Positions 1-11,200 of a stretch of DNA of 64,000 nucleotides are shown piece after piece. The stretch is taken from contig JBLDXI010000019.1 of NCBI GenBank assembly GCA_047495785.1, positions 1,612,001 to 1,676,000 of the forward strand. Reading direction: 5' to 3'. Positions within the stretch are counted from its first letter, which is position 1. Each line of letters opens with the position of its first letter. Both the position numbers and the translations under genes were made by a program. This DNA comes from Lepidodermella squamata. Lineage: Eukaryota; Animalia; Gastrotricha. Under the pieces are notes generated by a model that saw only the letters and a list, made by a program, of their open reading frames with translations, searched no databases and was not told the DNA's origin.

Positions 1-3000
1 ATCCACTAGCACATCTATGATTTGCATCTATATACGGATTACCAGGATGGTAATTCAAGGCAACAACCTGAAAAATCAACGTGCAATTCAAGCAATACTT
101 AGCGATTTTTGATTAAAGCCTACTTGACCAGTATTATTGTGCAGGTGAAAGATGGGCCCATCGACGAAAGCAGTGAAATAAATCTATCAGGAGAGACTCA
201 TGAATATGGTTAGGATGAATAGGAAAAGCCAACCCAAAGCGATATAGTGAAGGCGTAATCGAGTGAATAATACGCTGGTATCTGGCTTTCTTGATAATTG
301 GAGCCAGCGAAGCAAATCGAGGAATAGGGAACGCTAAATTTATATGTCGGTGAACCACCCCATATAACTGAGCTGCTGTAGCCAAGTACCTGCCCAGAGA
401 CAGGGCGAACCATATCCAGGAAGTTCGAGTTGCATTGGAAAGCTTTGTAAGTAGTATACACAGCAATGGCTTTGAACTCGTTCGCTTCAGAATCATTAGC
501 ATTAGACTGCATACATGTACAATTAGATATAATTACTTACCAACACTGAGCGGGCAAGTGCGCAGCATATTGACATGCCGCTGGCTCAGGGATCGATCGA
601 AAATTTTGATACATGCAGCCCTTCCGCTCACTCCACCCACAGAGAGATACTGCCCCGTGGTAGGACTGATGGAGCAAGTTGACGAGAGGCTCCCGCTACC
701 AACTGGATGTCCTTCGATGAAGAATCGTAGCAGTCTCGTAACATGGTCAAAAGTGAAGCCCACATAGTAAGGAACATCCTGTCAAAAGTGACATCAGAAT
801 TATTCTTCCAAAATCAAAGTGCTCACCCTGGATAGAGACGCCGTTCCCGTAATTGTAACCAATGATCCACCGCAATTTATTGTGACATCGTGAGAATTCG
901 CTGTCCGGAACAAGTTGATACTCCAAGTGGCGTTACTGCCATTTGTTAGGATCCCAAAGGTGCAAACTCCAGTCGAACATGCCACATGATGGAAGAAGGA
1001 GAAGGACCTCGAAAGTCTGGTCAGCAGCGTCGTGTTATCAAACCTCACCGATGCAGTCGTTGACAGCTGATAGGCCTTATTTGGGAATTGCGCCAGGCCA
1101 GTCAAAGTTGGCGAGCCAACAGCTGCAGCATTGAACCCATTTCCACTCTGATCCGACAGGCCTGTCAAGCCGTCGAGATGGATCGAAGCGATAGGGCGCG
1201 GGAATTCAGCCCAGGGACATCTCATCGCTGCGTAAATCTCAGATTTGGTCAAAAGGCGGTTGTACCACTGCATGCAGAAAATTGAAATATCACCAAAGCG
1301 ATCGTCTTGACATGCAGCTTTGAACATCCCGATGAAGAACAAGTCTGTAGCATATCGTGGAATGTTGACCGTTGAGTAGAAATCAGTGTCGATTTCGCCG
1401 TTGTAGTACCATGTTAGCCTGTTTTTAGCTAACTCGAATGTCCAACCGATGTGAACCCAAGTGTCGACAGGAAAGCCAGTAGGTTTGTTGCCGATATACG
1501 ATGGTTCATTAGATGCTGATCCTCCTCGAAGAAATCTCCCGTTACTAGAAGAACAATATGAAATAAAATTCTAGGCATGAGCATTTTGAAACAGACACAA
1601 GCCAAATCTGCAGGCCTGGAAAATATACAACATCATTTGATCAAAATCATTTGAACGCAGGGAAAATGCCTCACCCCAAGCTGCTGTATCCGCGGTATTG
1701 TCTGGCCAATTGACTATGTTACCTTCAAAGTACCCCGTCGCACTTTTGACCCAAATGAAGAATGAGTGATCCGTCGCGGTGTTTAGAACAGGGTTGTGCG
1801 CAGCTCCATACATCATGCCATCCTCAACTTTTTGCACTCGGGATGCTCCATTGACTCGCCCGAATGGGTCCGGGACAAACGTGATCGACTGGGAGTAGTA
1901 GATGTGATTGCCGTTTCCACTCATGTCCTGACCCCGGCTGTAGATGTCGAAAAGCCATAAACCAGCCGGGTTTAGTTCTCCCTCCATTATCGGCGTGATT
2001 TCGACGTAGTCAACTGATTTGACTGAGCCCAAATCAACGGTTACCGAAGCTGCCTGAGTACCACTGGCTACGATCCGACTACATGTGTCCGCCCTGCCGT
2101 CGATCAACATCGAAACAGGTCGATGAAATACAGTAAAATTCGTGGAAACGAATGCACTGGACTGGCTGATCAAATCAGTCATGTAAGACCTAGCATCGAC
2201 GTCGTAACAGCCCATTACTTCCAGCCGCATGCAACTCAAAGTGCTGAGAGCTTTCGGCCAGATGCGGATCCATCTGGCGACTATAGGATAGTCGAAGTAA
2301 TTGGCGATGGCTTGATTTACGTTAGTATTTCCAGCAAAATCGGTATTCCCTGCTACGTTTGTCACGTATCTCCAATTCGGGTCTGAATCAGACCGGTACA
2401 AAACCGAGTAAGTCGTCACCCACCAAGAGTTCGTAATACAACCCTAATAATAGTTTTGTGAATTGGTGGTTATAAAAGATCTTCTATGTATATTACTTGA
2501 ATTATCACGCCCGTAACAATGCGGTTCCGTAAGAAGTCGACCTCAAGATGGGAATCGAGACGGCTTGGTGCAAGCTCGGCCCACGATCCACGTTTCGAGT
2601 TGAGCCGGGCGTAAAATGGAAAGAAATTATAACCCACAGAATTTGAAGACATCTGGCTGTCATTCACGTCAAATGATTGAATGCCAAGCGGGACTAGGAA
2701 ACAAAATCAGTCACAATTCAGGCTAGAGATGAGGGAAGGTTACGTCGGCAGATGGAGTTGCAGCCAAATACTGCAATTCGAAGGCACGGAGAACCGTTCC
2801 ACGTCATCGCCCAGAACCTTACAAAACGGGTGAGAAATGGCCTCCAAAGTCGGTTTGTGGCCACTGAACTTCGGTCGGTATTTCCAGTAATGATCTGTAT
2901 TATCGTGTCCTGAATTCAAAGGCCGTTTTCAACAAATGATTAGGATTCTTACTATATCCTGGCCATTCTGATCCTTGTACCGGAACCAGTTGACGCCAGT

Positions 3001-3812
3001 CGGATCCAGGCTGAATTCGAGACGATAAGTTTGCGTCCAATATTGGGCTGTATCACTATATACCCAGCCAGATGTTGCGACCTGAGTGACCCATCTCGGA
3101 AACCCGAGGTCGACTTGAAGGTAGCAGTTGGGGGTACATGAACAGCCACACCAAGAATACTGCGTCGCATTAACTCTCGCCGACCAGGGTTGCTAGACAT
3201 AACGTAGGCGATTCCCGTCTTGAAAGGCTACATCATAAGACTTACCTGTATATTGTTGGCGCATGTTCCAGAAGCTGAGAAGGCCGATGTTGGCAGTTCG
3301 TTATTGACCAAGCCGAACTCAAATTCGGTGTCACAGACCGGTTGAACATATGGCAGTTGCAAATCTCTCATAAATATCGAGTTGTTGATGCCTTTCATAC
3401 TGTCCTTGCCGCGGCTTAACTGCGGGTAATTTTTGCGACTGGTTTTCAGCACTTTGACGTAGACATCTTTCGTCGGACTGTTTGCCATGTTGAATGCTGT
3501 GCCATCGCCATAAGCATCCAGAATATCGCAACTTTTCGTCGCAGTGTCATGGACTGTTGTCAGGCAGTTGCGATTCGCTGAGCATACAGCCATACAATGC
3601 GATTTACCCACCACAGATGTCTCGACTGAGAGTCTGGAAAACACATCAGATGATGAATACACAGTGTTACAGGCCTAACAACTCGCAAACCTATGAGCGG
3701 TGTAAGAATCACCGGGAATTACCGTCACAAGATTCTTCCCGGAATATGTCTTGAACACTTCGGCCGCATTTATTACGCCAATTAGAATAAAAAAGTACGT
3801 CACCTTAATCAT
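1..3812 (-). CDS. Secreted multidomain lectin-like protein (signal peptide, PAN/Apple, 2x F5/8 type C, LamG/pentraxin-like), copy 1; 3' part runs off the window
   Basis: Multi-exon gene; ATG at 3812 (MIKVTYFFILIG...). Exon ORFs 3228-3662 (CMAVCSANRNC, PAN), 2470-2667 and 1571-2419 (LEVDF..IVTGVIIQ, RWIRIWP..CMRLEVMGC, F5/8C), 800-1342 and 533-763 (LamG-like). Colinear paralog at 10550-14880. Confidence 0.8.
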
Positions 3813-3949
3813 TGTTTTTTGCGCAATGATCGGAATTTTCTCTGTTGATGCATTGCCGCTTCTGTCTTCACACCTCGAAGCGCGCGGCGGTTATATCGAT
3901 CAGATAAGCGCGCGTTCCGTCTGAAAATCGTCACTTTCTTTTTACTGCT

Positions 3950-4350
3950 TCTCCTAGAAATTCGCACCTTGAAGTGCGAGGCAATAACTGCGGCCTAAAC
4001 ACCGCATAAGTACATACCTATCTTCTCCTGGAAGGAACTCGAAGGGGCTGAATTGGAAGAAATAGGTGAAAGGTAATTTTCGCACTTTTTTATTCAACTC
4101 TTAGCAACAAAACGTTGTTTTCGACGATAACGTACTGTTTACTGTTATTTTTACTGTTCATCCTAGCAATTCGCACTCTGGAAGTGTGAGACGTTAATTG
4201 TGGACTATGCACTTGCCTTATGTTTATCTTCTATCGGAAGTAGCTCGAACGAAAACGACGGTAGAGCGAAACTGATGGAAAGAAATTAATGGGAGGCAAA
4301 TTCTCGCAATTTTCTATTCAACTCTTAGCAACAAAACCTTGTTTTCGCCG
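3950..4350. repeat. ~210 bp imperfect tandem duplication in the upstream region of lectin gene copy 1
   Basis: cctag(a/c)aattcgcac..gaagtg and tattcaactcttagcaacaaaac each occur twice (~3953/4162 and ~4091/4315), but only once upstream of copy 2 (~15017, ~15163). Confidence 0.7.
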
Positions 4351-5221
4351 GCAGCGTAGAATAACACACATGTACACTCCAAAGGTACAGCCTGCATTCA
4401 GAATGCACATTTCCAGGCCCGCCTAAAATATGTTACGGCTCTGCGCGCATTATCATTGTTCTCTTGTTTTTGGCAAATTCAAGTTCGATTGAGGAATTTA
4501 TTAGGTATGTGCTAAAAAAGGTCACGCGCGTGATTATGATGGTAATAAAACTACATGTCGTCACTTTTTTCGAAGAGGTCTCTGGATCAGAACAGTTCCA
4601 GCCGCCCGAGTCGGCGATAGCAGCTGCTCAAGGGCTCGATTTTTCGAGTAATCAAACGCGGTGAAACCCGCGTGGTTTTTCAGCCCGAGATCCGCGCCAA
4701 ATTTCAACAACACCTTGGCCATTTCGACATCGCCATTTTCAGCCGCCCACATCAGAGGCGACATCCTATTAGCATCGTGCTGCGAATTTACAACCATCGC
4801 AGCTATTTTCGAATTATTTATCGTCTCGAGCATTTTCCGAGCCGAAGTGACATCGCCCAATTTTACGTATTTCAACAGGTAGATTTTGTTAATGTGCAAC
4901 GAAAGTCCTTGAATAATGTCCGGGAGTAACAGACGGCATTTAGGATTAGGCTCGAAAATTAAATCGGCAGTTCGTCCGTTTGTAGCCTTCAGGCTCCAGA
5001 TTGTCGTGCATTTGAATTCGTTGTCGCTTTCTAGGGCGATTGCGTTCACTGCGGGTGGCTGGAATTGCCAATCGCCGACGTAGTAACTGCCGCCGTGAGC
5101 GAAACACCTTTTATTCTGAAGATTCTAGACTTTGTTTACAAAGGCAATTAATCAATTTTGATAAGTTGAATTAAATTAAAAATTAATCTCCGGTTATTAC
5201 ATGGGTGTGGGCTACGATATA

Positions 5222-6534
5222 TCGTTCGTGTTGCGACGTAAGGGACCGCCAGTGCTAGCGCATAGTTCTATATATTATTATACCGCTATATTGCGATTGT
5301 TTACAACTGCGGAGCGGTTGCATCCCAAATTACTATCTTCGGTTCAGGGGCTATAAAATTGCCATTAGCTGCGATTGCTATCTTGCGCTCTTGGACTCAG
5401 CTTCTTCGCCTATCCTTTCTATAATTCTTCAAATTTTCAAAGCATTTTGCTCTTGACATAGTATTTCATTACGATGTCCGCGCAAAAATCGTGAAACCCA
5501 AACTTGAATGGTGGGTCAGGTTTTGTCGTATACGAATCAAGCCAATCGAGCATTACTCGAATACGGCGGAATCGCTGTTAATTGCTAATCATCAATTATC
5601 GCTAAATCGCTAACCAGATGACATTACCAAGACCATGGCCTTTTTTTTAGGATGTAGGGATGCAAGTCATCCTAGTAATTCTCGAATGCTACCAAGTTCG
5701 TAAACATTGTGCGATTCTACTATTGACCCTATGCGGCTGCGAATCTACATCCATGGTTCTACCAGCTTCGCGCAAGGTTGTAGGTTGTAGTTCACTTTGG
5801 TGCAACAGCTCAACGGCTCATAAAAAGTTGACAAAACATGAAATGCGATAGATTCTGTGATCGGAACAGAGAAATATGTGATCGATTTTTCATGTAATAA
5901 AATTTAAGAAGGATATCGAAATATCTGCGAGATAATGGAGAAGGATAACCACAAAATAGATTATGAATAATAGCGTAATAAGTGCTGTCTTGGCATTTTC
6001 AGGATTTAGGGGCTGAAAAGTAGAAAAATTGGCTCATCTAGTCCATAGTTCCATAATATGCATTTTTCGTGATGATAACTGCATGGGTCGCATGCAATGT
6101 TGCTCCGGGAATGAGAAACACAATTACAAAGTATGACCTATCGCAGTGGTTCGCAAATACCTTTCCCCAGGTTTTGTATTCTCATCAACTAGCCAATTGA
6201 AAGAACTAATTTGCAAAGTTTTTTCAAGAACTGTTTGGGTTTCCGCGAATTGTACCGAATTGGAGATGGATCTTCATATGCCATAGGTTAAAATATAGGT
6301 TCATAAGCCGTTCAATACAAAAATCGCTCTTTCGCGCCTTTCGAGTGAACTGATTGAACGTGAGGGTTGAATCACCCAAAGCGACCATACGACTGCGATT
6401 TCAAGGATGCGCCGCGATAATGATGCTATTACCAACGAATAAACAGTAGCTTATACCAGTACCAAGTATTTTATTACTATGTAACCGCATGAAAGTTCTG
6501 CCTAACGAGGTCTCTTACGTCGCAATTCGAACGA
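5222..6534. mobile_element. Non-autonomous DNA transposon with ~26-bp TIRs in a TATA/ATAT site
   Basis: Left end tcgttcgtgttgcgacgtaagggacc; right end ggtctcttacgtcgcaattcgaacga. Absent from the paralogous intron at ~18137-18150. No recognisable transposase. Confidence 0.8.
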
Positions 6535-7281
6535 TATATTCTACACCTTGAAACTAAAAAAAATCGAAATTTGAATTTGACCCGAATTTCTTCCGATTTT
6601 TTACAAATTCTACAGATATCACCTTCGCCTGATTGTTCTAATCATTTTTGGGGAGGAGGGAGGGGCCTTATACCTATAAAATATAAAAACTACCCAAGGA
6701 AAAAATCTTTGCAGTTCATTCTACTTACTCCTTAGTTTCTGCGAAAGAAATAATTATTTTGTCGATTTGATCGCATATTTAAAAAGATTATATATCTAGC
6801 TTCAATTCGATATATAATTCATCCCATTCGGGTTTCGTATTCGCATACAGCGAACCTTCGAAGATCGAGTAAATCATTAGGTAGAATAAAGTAAGAAAAT
6901 GAAAAAATTGAATACGCTGATAATCATGAAAAAATAAACGCGTTTTTCTTAAAAAAAATAATGAAACTGCAAAGTAAAAAAGGTGTAGGTTAAGTTCATG
7001 AAAAAAACATTTACTCCAGATGTTTGGTCATTCCAAAATTGCAGAGTTTGATCCTCTCCGGTTTTGGTCCCAGGATGAAGATATTCTGAAATATATGTAT
7101 GCTTCAGTGATAGTCGGCTGTTATTACATAAAATTAGGACATTTGGCCTAACGTCGCAGTGATAGATAGGAGGCTTACAAGAGTGCAGAAAGTCAACAGC
7201 CAAAGCGAGCTGTAACGAAAATCTCAGCGCTTGCTTTTCACTGAAAAATCCCTTCGTCTTGATTTTATCATTTAGTCGATG

Positions 7282-7879
7282 TGTTGGGGCCCGAGCCCGA
7301 ATTCTGCCCGTACGCGTTCGGGCCGGCCCGTACGCAGACGGGTAACATTGATTTGCCACTCCGCGTTCGGGCCGCTTTAAAACATGCCCGTATGCGACGT
7401 TTACTGTAAATTTAACAATTTCGATACTATCACGCTTCACCGCACACGGGCCGGCCAAGGTGTTGGCCCGAGCACGGCGGAGAACAATGGGATCCAGCGC
7501 TATTGTTCAGCGCCGCAGGGCTCGGGCCTCTGGAATCGATCGCCGGGCTTGGGCCGCTGGGCTCGGGTCATCCTACAACCAAAGCCCTACCCGGTAACTG
7601 TATCAAGTCCCGGCCCAAACCCGACGGCCCGAGTACGGCGCGCGCGAATGCCTAACAATAGCGCTGGATCCCATTGTTCTCCGCCGTGCTCGGGCTAACA
7701 CCTTGGCCGGCCCGTGTGCGGTGAAGCGTGATTCATTCGAATTTGTTAAATTTACAGTAAACGTCGCATACGGGCACGTTATAGACTGGCCCGAGCGCGG
7801 AGTGGTAAAGTGCTGTTACCCGGTCGCATACGGGCCGGCCCGAACGCGTACGGGCCGAAATCGGGCTCGGGCCCCAACA
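7282..7879. mobile_element. Foldback element with 226-bp imperfect TIRs, TGT...ACA ends and 4-bp TSD (Ginger-like)
   Basis: Arms 7282-7507 and 7654-7879. GATG is duplicated at 7278-7281 and 7880-7883, and the paralogous empty site (~18511) has a single GATG. Confidence 0.9.
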
Positions 7880-8290
7880 GATGCAATAGACTTTCTATCA
7901 TCAGAATAAATTTGAATGCATTTTTTAATTTTTAAAAATACCTCCAGGGCAATATTCAAATTCTAGGACGATTTTCCGAATATTTTTCACTGAAAACAAA
8001 ATATTTAAAAAATTTTAATGTATAAGTGCAAGTTGCAAGTAAACACGATGAGCACGTGCCTAATATTCCACCCGCGGATCAATGTAACGATTTAGTTTCA
8101 GGTTCCACAACTATGAAAATGACAAAAACCTTGAAAGCATTCTCGAACCAAGGTTCTCAGAATTTATTCAGCTGAACGATGCAGGTATTTATAGTCCAAT
8201 GAGTATCGTTCATGTTATTCATTATGAAACAGATTTTCATAAATCATTGAGTTTCACTGGTTATTGACTGTTCAAAAATATAAGGGAATG

Positions 8291-11200
8291 TCAAAATACC
8301 ATAATCTCCGATACCGGTATAGAGTTTGGATAGATTGCCAAAGCTCGGTAGATGAACACGTATCGACCATAGGTCGGCGCCAAGCACCACAGCGTGCTAA
8401 TGCCACCCGAGATCATGTCAGTCGGATCAACCGAGTCGCAGTATTTAGCTGAATTGACGTTTGTCGTATTGCCAACACGCATGTCAAGACTGGTTATTTG
8501 CGTTTCTTTAAAAAAAACACGAGTAAAAAACGCATTTTCCAAAGGAATTTACCTGTCATATCGTTAGCGTAAACTACGACTACTCTCGTTATTTTCGTTG
8601 GATAAACAAGGTCGAAATAAATATATTGACCAGTTGAGTTGAAACCCAATGAGTTGGATGTAGTCTGGGGTAAGCCGTCAGTTGTGTAGAAGGCAGCGTC
8701 AGGAGTCTGGAAACTTGCTCCAGCCAAAATGGGCCTCACATTTTTGACCATGGAAACAGCTTTAAGCAATGTAAACCATCAATTCGGCCAGCAAGCTTTG
8801 CTTGGCTTACCTGAGTCACTAGCAGCGTCGATTTCGCAGATTCCGAGACCAAGTGACGGGGCTGACGCAGCGATGGTCAAAAATCGACCAGTCGAGCCAG
8901 GTTTGCACCGCAGTTTAAGCTTGGCCCCGCTGTATGAATGGCTCGCAGTCGCGAAGCAAACCTGGTTGAAGGGATCTGCCGATGAGTTGGAGATGCCGAT
9001 AGTGATAGGCGGCATAACGGGTAGGGTATCATAATCAACTAAAAGCATTAATATCGGCTAATGAAAATGAAGGGGGTGACAATGCCTCACCGTCACAACC
9101 CCTCACGCCGAAACGTCCAGCCATAGGACCTGCGAAGTCTTGAGGGTAGAAGCGAACAAACTTTCCGATGAATGGTCCAACTGAAGTTTCGACAATGTCA
9201 TCTCTATTACCGGTCAACAGCTTAAAAACGTTAGACTTATGATTGGATAGTCTCCATAAAAGTTAGCACAATGAACCTTTAAAAACCCATCCGGATCTCG
9301 CGGACCGCCCCAGTTCAAACCATCTCGGCTATACCGAAAGTAATAACTCGTGATATACCAGTTGCCCCCGTTCCCCCGAATTGCTGCTTTTGTGATCTTT
9401 TTCAGTGAGTTCAGCTGAGCTTGCCACCACACATTCCCACTGGATGGCGCAGCAGGAACCGATGTCGAATAGCCAGCGAGCCAAAAACCAGCACTCCCTA
9501 TGTAGCCTCGAAAAGCCTCATTTCCAGCATATTCGTTCAATGCTGTTATCTGAGAATCCGGCACATCGGCCAACAGATCAGCATTGCAACTAGGCACTGA
9601 AAAAACAAGGATTTGCTTTGTATCCAGGAAACTTCGGTCAAACTCACAGTCACAGCCGTAGAGTGCGACGCGAAGAGCGACAGTAGTATTGAAATTGTTT
9701 GGAACAACGCGAATGAACATGGTATCAATTTCAGGGTACAAGCGGGAGTGTGCCGCAAGGTAGGCATCATTACTACTTCGGAATAGCTAAAATTGCGAAA
9801 AAATGTAGGCGCAAAAATAGTGAAATGAAGAATTTTCAAATTTACTTTGTTTGGGTAAATTTGCCAGTTAACAGCTGCGCTATTACCCCTTACAGCAAAC
9901 TGTACATAGTAGTCGAAGACAAAATAGTCGCCGCCAATCGACTTGTCGCTAGTGCCTTTCACAGCTACAGCCGCGACGCGTTTCACCATCGGAAATTTGA
10001 ACTGAAAACATTATTTCAGAAAATTATTGATTTCCAGTTTCCATAGAGCCTAAGTTATACTTGCAACCATCCCGGAGCAGTGGCTGGTCTCCAGCAGCAA
10101 GCTTTTGGTGAGCTGAAAACACCATCGAGACCTTTAGCCCGTTCGGGTGTCCAGTCAAAACCATCTGCAGCCATCGCGGAGGACGATGCTGTAACGTCAG
10201 CATCTGAAATAATGCTTGTAAGGTCGCTTTTGCATTGCCTCGGTTCGATTTGGGTCGTTGGGCAGCCGTTCATTACATCGTTGATTTCCTCCATGGTAAG
10301 TGCGTATTTGTGAATTCGCAGACAATGGTAGCAGAACTTCGAATATGTAGATGACCACGGGACTTTTGCAATACTCATCACCATCTGGCCTTGCAGGGTG
10401 CAATTTGCCAACGGTTGAGAACTAACGGTGGCGCCGTTTATGACTAATGATAGTTTTCCATTCGCTGGATCAGCGACGTAGGCGAAATGGTACCAGGTAC
10501 TTGTTGCTAAGTTATTTACTGAGTCTTTATAAATAGAAGTAGTACCGCCTGCATATGATCCATTAGCACATCTATGATTTGCATCGATATACCAGTAACC
10601 AGATCCGTAATGCATATTCATGGCAACAATCTGAAAGATTTATATGTGATTCCATATTCCATCATTTGTTGAAGATTTGCGATCAAAGCTTACCTGGTCA
10701 GTATTGTTGTGCATGTGAAAGACGGGTCCATCAATGAAGGTACTGATGTATATCTGTTAAGAGAGTGACGGTTATTTTCGAAGCCGTCTTCATGATAAAA
10801 TCTTTAAAGCCAGCTTTATCTGATATTATCGTCGATATTAGATAATGTTGACTTTATTATAAAGACGGCTTCCTATTTTCGAAAGCGTCATTAGCTTGAA
10901 GTCGACTTTATCGAATCAAGCTGACTTTATCTGGCAGAAAAAGAGCCAGTTTAAAATTACGCATCATTAGCCATGACCTACTTTACCAGCCTCTTTTACA
11001 ATTATGATTCTTTATAAAAATAGGCCAACACCTGTTTTTGAGGCAAAAACGTTAGATTTCAGACAAAAATCGACGCTGATCGAATTTAACAGCCGTATTA
11101 CATTCATGTTTGTGAGATAGAGCCGACTCTTATGGCATAAAGTTGACTTTCTGTTCGAAAATCATACTAGTCATAAAGCCGACTTTCCAGGCGATAAATT

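Larger units (their letters stand above)
4561..7990 (-). pseudogene. Pseudogene copy of the kinase-like/ankyrin gene at 17327-19124
   Basis: Near-identical to 17327-18640. It lacks exon 1, has a 159-nt in-frame deletion removing IWAIGC...NLLP, has a 598-bp TIR element inside the ESLLH/RLNDK exon, and has a 1.3-kb intronic TIR element. Confidence 0.85.

Noticed and set aside
6949-7909. Two similar ORFs starting MAGPCAVKRDS on opposite strands, plus 7384-7698
   Set aside because: Artefacts of the two arms of the foldback element.
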